DNA of 64,000 nucleotides from a virus, in the IMG/VR virus record IMGVR_UViG_3300035695_000002, positions 56,725-120,724 of that record; one strand, given 5' to 3'. Both the position numbers and the translations under genes were made by a program. The notes under the pieces are model-generated. The model ran no database searches. It was not told the DNA's origin and worked only from the letters and a program-made list of their open reading frames with translations. This document shows positions 61,657-64,000 of this stretch, piece after piece. Position 1 is the first letter of the stretch; the number at the start of each line of letters is the position of its first letter.

Positions 61657-61727
61657 TACCCAATGATGGAATCAAACCACCGCTACATGGATGTAAACCA
61701 AGTGCGCTATCATTACGCCAATTGGGC
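61657..61727 (-). tRNA. tRNA-Val (TAC)
   Basis: CTTGG-TTTACAT-CCATG. Confidence 0.85.
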
Positions 61728-61731
61728 ATTG

Positions 61732-61804
61732 TGGAACCATCTAGTAACGATCTAGAATTTCTCCCTCTTCAGGGGAGCACATATACCATATATGTTATAG
61801 TTCC
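61732..61804 (-). tRNA. tRNA-Phe (GAA), atypical T-loop
   Basis: CTCCC-CTGAAGA-GGGAG; T-loop ATCGTTA. Confidence 0.85.
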
Positions 61805-61863
61805 TGATATGGAGCCAAGGGGCAGTGCTCCCACTGTAAGTTCCCTTTCAACTTGGCATTTAG

Positions 61864-61934
61864 ATGCGAAGAGGGGAGTCGAACCCCTACGGTGAGGATA
61901 TGAGCCTCATGATCTACCATTAATCTACCTCGCA
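61864..61934 (-). tRNA. tRNA-Met (CAT), initiator-like
   Basis: TGCGAGG acceptor stem; TGAGG-CTCATAT-CCTCA. Confidence 0.85.
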
Positions 61935-61940
61935 ATATTG

Positions 61941-62013
61941 TTGTGATATTAGGAATCGAACCTAAAACCTCCACCTTATCAGAGTGTTGCGCTGCCAGTT
62001 GCGCCATATCACA
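61941..62013 (-). tRNA. tRNA-Ile (GAT)
   Basis: CACT-CTGATAA-GGTG. Confidence 0.9.
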
Positions 62014-62018
62014 ATAAG

Positions 62019-62089
62019 TTCTGCCACAGGGAATCGAACCCTGGTCTGAAAGTTAAAAGCTTCCAGCTCTACCATTGAGCTATGACAGA
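62019..62089 (-). tRNA. tRNA-Lys (TTT)
   Basis: GGAAG-CTTTTAA-CTTTC. Confidence 0.9.
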
Positions 62090-62166
62090 ATAAATCTTGT
62101 CATAGTCTTTCTTATCTGTTTCCATAATATTTTAACTGAGTGACATCAATGTCCTTCAGTTGATAG

Positions 62167-62238
62167 TTGACCCTAGCAGTACCGATCTGCTGACCATCTC
62201 ATTATGAGTGAGGTGCTCCACCATTGAGCTAAGGGTCG
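62167..62238 (-). tRNA. tRNA with CAT anticodon, probably Ile2 (lysidine, reads ATA); Met not excluded
   Basis: GACCCTTAGCTCAATGG...CTCA-CTCATAA-TGAG resembles bacterial Ile2; T-loop ATCGGTA. Confidence 0.75.
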
Positions 62239-62241
62239 ATG

Positions 62242-62313
62242 TAGTCCTACTGAGATTCGAACTCAGACCAAAAGATTAGAAGTCTCTTATTCTTCCAATT
62301 AAACTATAGAACC
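62242..62313 (-). tRNA. tRNA-Arg (TCT)
   Basis: AGAGA-CTTCTAA-TCTTT. Confidence 0.9.
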
Positions 62314-62350
62314 TTGTTCTACAGTTGTCTCCTTATGTTTACTTTCATAG

Positions 62351-62424
62351 ATCCCTAGGTCAGAGTTGAACTGACAGCCTCCAGTTTACAAAACTATTGC
62401 TCCACCAATTGAGCTACGTAGGGA
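62351..62424 (-). tRNA. tRNA-Thr (TGT)
   Basis: TAGT-TTTGTAA-ACTG; irregular acceptor stem. Confidence 0.85.
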
Positions 62425-62430
62425 ATATTG

Positions 62431-62499
62431 CACGCCCCCATAGAATCGAACTATGTCCTACGGTTTTGGAGACCGTCTGGCTACCTTAGCCTGAAGCAT
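62431..62499 (-). tRNA. tRNA-Trp (CCA)
   Basis: ACGGT-CTCCAAA-ACCGT. Confidence 0.85.
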
Positions 62500-62506
62500 G
62501 TGTATG

Positions 62507-62577
62507 AGGGAAGTGATAGAATCGAACTACCATATAGTGATTAACAGTCACTTGTTCTGCCATTGAACTAACAACCC
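62507..62577 (-). tRNA. tRNA-Asn (GTT)
   Basis: AGTGA-CTGTTAA-TCACT. Confidence 0.9.
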
Positions 62578-62583
62578 TTTAAG

Positions 62584-62656
62584 CAGTCTTGAAGGGATTT
62601 GAACCCTCTCCGTACCCATAGACAGTGGGACATCTTAACCATTTGACCTCAAGACT
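62584..62656 (-). tRNA. tRNA-Asp (GTC)
   Basis: CCCA-CTGTCTA-TGGG. Confidence 0.88.
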
Positions 62657-62659
62657 ATG

Positions 62660-62733
62660 TGGAAAGGTTGGGGCTTCGAACCCCAGACTCCTGAATGCAA
62701 ATCAGGTGTGATAGCCAGCTTCACCAAACCCCC
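62660..62733 (-). tRNA. tRNA-Ala (TGC)
   Basis: CCTGA-TTTGCAT-TCAGG. Confidence 0.88.
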
Positions 62734-62735
62734 AT

Positions 62736-62767
62736 AAAACAAAAAAGACTCCTTTTTGGGGAGCCTT
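62736..62767 (-). terminator. Attenuator-type intrinsic terminator directly upstream of tRNA block B
   Basis: AAGGCTCC-CCAAAAA-GGAGTCTT-TTTTGTTTT, ending 2-3 nt before tRNA-Ala. Confidence 0.85.
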
Positions 62768-62790
62768 ATTAACCTATTAGGTTATATCTT

Positions 62791-62877
62791 TTATTGGCTC
62801 CAACAATACACTCCCACCTTACCACAATCTCTTGTCGCAAACATGGTGAATATAATATTAAACCAATTCCTTTTCAT
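62791..62877 (-). CDS. Leader peptide B (28 aa, MKRNWFNIIFTMFATRDCGKVGVYCWSQ)
   Basis: Translated by hand. Codons match the 14 downstream tRNAs. The 3' end carries GGAGCC, complementary to the terminator 5' arm GGCTCC. Confidence 0.85.
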   Translation of the reverse strand: MKRNWFNIIFTMFATRDCGKVGVYCWSQ

Positions 62878-62898
62878 ATTATTCTATTTAAACTTCTG

Positions 62899-62971
62899 TA
62901 CTCCCAAGGGGCTATGATCCCCTGTTTTAACATTGAAAGTGTTATGTCCTAGCCAATTAGACGATGGGAGC
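62899..62971 (-). tRNA. tRNA-Glu (TTC), atypical T-loop
   Basis: TAACA-CTTTCAA-TGTTA; T-loop ATCATAG. Confidence 0.85.
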
Positions 62972-63019
62972 ATATTGCTCCTCACTCTCTATTTCACTAT
63001 TTTGGACTATGTCTTTCAT
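62957..63019 (-). CDS. Leader peptide E (20 aa, MKDIVQNSEIESEEQYAPIV), reading into tRNA-Glu
   Basis: Translated by hand. Four Glu codons in a six-codon stretch; the stop codon lies inside the tRNA-Glu D arm. Confidence 0.65.
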   Translation of the reverse strand: MKDIVQNSEIESEEQYAPIV

Positions 63020-63026
63020 GGGAATA

Positions 63027-63058
63027 CAAACCTAGTAAATAAAATACATAATTCCTAA
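63027..63058 (-). promoter_or_regulatory. Internal Bacteroidota-type promoter for leader E, tRNA-Glu and leader B
   Basis: TAGGTTTG (-7 element) 7 nt upstream of the ATG at 63019; TTAG at the -33 spacing. Confidence 0.6.
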
Positions 63059-63079
63059 TATTTATCAAGTTATTTTTAG

Positions 63080-63160
63080 TTGTATAGGCAGGAATCGAAC
63101 CTACATAGCCTAAGCGGTGGTTTTACAGACCCTTGATTTAGCCAATTTACCATCTATACA
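63080..63160 (-). tRNA. tRNA-Tyr (GTA)
   Basis: GGT-CTGTAAA-ACC; long variable arm. Confidence 0.88.
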
Positions 63161-63166
63161 ATATAG

Positions 63167-63251
63167 AAGAGAGTAGGAGATTTGAACTTCTGGAGCTGTT
63201 ACACCCTTTTGTTTAGCAAACAAACACAATAAGCCACTCTGTCAACTCTCT
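63167..63251 (-). tRNA. tRNA-Ser (GCT)
   Basis: TTTGT-TTGCTAA-ACAAA; long variable arm. Confidence 0.88.
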
Positions 63252-63255
63252 GTAG

Positions 63256-63342
63256 AAGAGGGTGTGGGATTCAAACCCACGGAACTTTTACATCCTCTGG
63301 TTTTCAAGACCAGTGCAATAAATCAGACTCTACCAACCCTCT
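63256..63342 (-). tRNA. tRNA-Ser (TGA)
   Basis: CTGGT-CTTGAAA-ACCAG; long variable arm. Confidence 0.9.
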
Positions 63343-63347
63343 TTATG

Positions 63348-63435
63348 TATCCCTAGAAGGCATCGAACCTTCACACTACTATTATTTCGCTTTAGATTTT
63401 AAGTCTAACGTGTCTGCCAATTTCACCATAGGGAC
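63348..63435 (-). tRNA. tRNA-Leu (TAA)
   Basis: TTAGA-CTTAAAA-TCTAA; long variable arm. Confidence 0.9.
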
Positions 63436-63438
63436 ATG

Positions 63439-63513
63439 TACTTCAGGTGGAATTCGAATCCACAAGCCCCTGATTCTAAATCAGAGAGGTTTACCATTTT
63501 CCTTCACTGAAGC
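63439..63513 (-). tRNA. tRNA-Leu (TAG), short variable loop
   Basis: TCTGA-TTTAGAA-TCAGG. Confidence 0.85.
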
Positions 63514-63519
63514 ATATAG

Positions 63520-63591
63520 TCTTTTCTTAAGGATTTGAACCTTAATTGCAGAGTTCGTAGCCCTGAGTCCTTCCATTTAAACGAAGAAAAG
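63520..63591 (-). tRNA. tRNA-Arg (ACG)
   Basis: CAGGG-CTACGAA-CTCTG. Confidence 0.9.
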
Positions 63592-63596
63592 AAATA

Positions 63597-63667
63597 GGTG
63601 TCTGATGGGAATTGACCCCACACATCTTTGATTCACAGTCAAAGGCTCTACATTAAGCTACAGACAC
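63597..63667 (-). tRNA. tRNA-His (GTG)
   Basis: TTTGA-CTGTGAA-TCAAA; C73 discriminator. Confidence 0.88.
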
Positions 63668-63669
63668 AG

Positions 63670-63741
63670 TTTTAATATTGGGATTCGAACCCAAACTACC
63701 AGATTCAAAATCCGAGGTGCTAACCGTTACACCATATTAAA
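63670..63741 (-). tRNA. tRNA-Gln (TTG)
   Basis: TCGGA-TTTTGAA-TCTGG. Confidence 0.9.
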
Positions 63742-63743
63742 AG

Positions 63744-63819
63744 TCTAGATGGCAGGATTTGAACCTGCGTAATCCTGCTTCCAAGGCAGGCTAGATAAAC
63801 CTAACTCCTATACATCTAG
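63744..63819 (-). tRNA. tRNA-Pro (TGG)
   Basis: CCTGC-CTTGGAA-GCAGG. Confidence 0.9.
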
Positions 63820-63852
63820 AAAATAAAAAACCCCTCTTTTTGGGAGGGGTCT
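63820..63852 (-). terminator. Attenuator-type intrinsic terminator directly upstream of tRNA block A
   Basis: GACCCCTC-CCAAAAA-GAGGGGTT-TTTTATTTT, abutting tRNA-Pro. Confidence 0.88.
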
Positions 63853-63875
63853 ATGCTTTAAAAAGTTGTTCTGAA

Positions 63876-63962
63876 TCAACTATAATCAAACACAAATATC
63901 CCCTCACCTCCTAGATAACTAGGGAGCGAATGCTGTTGTGAAGGGCGTAAGTATTGTTTCAT
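63876..63962 (-). CDS. Leader peptide A (28 aa, MKQYLRPSQQHSLPSYLGGEGIFVFDYS)
   Basis: Translated by hand. Codons 3-17 match the nine downstream tRNAs. Contains GAGGGG, complementary to the terminator arm CCCCTC. Confidence 0.85.
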   Translation of the reverse strand: MKQYLRPSQQHSLPSYLGGEGIFVFDYS

Positions 63963-63967
63963 AAAGG

Positions 63968-63999
63968 CAAATATATGTAAAAGGATTGACATTTCCAAA
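63968..63999 (-). promoter_or_regulatory. Bacteroidota-type promoter of the tRNA array (leaderless transcript predicted)
   Basis: TTTG-N20-TATATTTG, then CCTTT and the ATG of leader A. Confidence 0.8.
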
Positions 64000-64000
64000 T

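Noticed and set aside
574-62007. Plus-strand ORFs and short nested minus-strand ORFs in the track (e.g. 11681..11872, 27781..27969, 61795..62007)
   Set aside because: They are shadows of long minus-strand genes or overlap tRNA genes, and they have no recognisable motifs.
62736-63962. T-box riboswitches as the explanation for the terminators upstream of the tRNA blocks
   Set aside because: No T-box (GGTGGNACC) consensus or stem I is present; the codon-matched ORFs explain the leaders better.
1-64000. Stop-codon reassignment, as seen in some Crassvirales
   Set aside because: Genes are full length in the standard code, and no CTA, TTA or TCA suppressor anticodon was found among the 25 tRNAs.

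Overview
A 64-kb segment of an AT-rich crAss-like (Crassvirales / Cellulophaga phi14:2-type) podovirus that probably infects Bacteroidota. Essentially all genes lie on the minus strand and read in the standard code. In transcription order (right to left) the window holds a 24-gene tRNA array (61.3-63.8 kb), small genes, terminase, portal, scaffold, major capsid protein, ring, hub and fibre genes, a split muzzle gene, four large cargo genes including a 4030-aa virion RNA polymerase (DFDID motif), a lysis cassette and tailspike/fibre genes. Three free-standing homing endonucleases and a 25th tRNA are also present. Main finding: the tRNA array is divided into three blocks, each headed by a tiny MK-starting leader ORF that the ORF track missed. 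The leader codons match the tRNAs of the block behind them, down to the isoacceptor. Two of the leaders are followed by an intrinsic terminator and carry a complementary antiterminator segment. This looks like ribosome-mediated attenuation that senses many tRNAs at once and turns on phage tRNA genes only when the matching host tRNAs are depleted. The codon match and the RNA complementarity are read directly from the sequence; the mechanism is inference.
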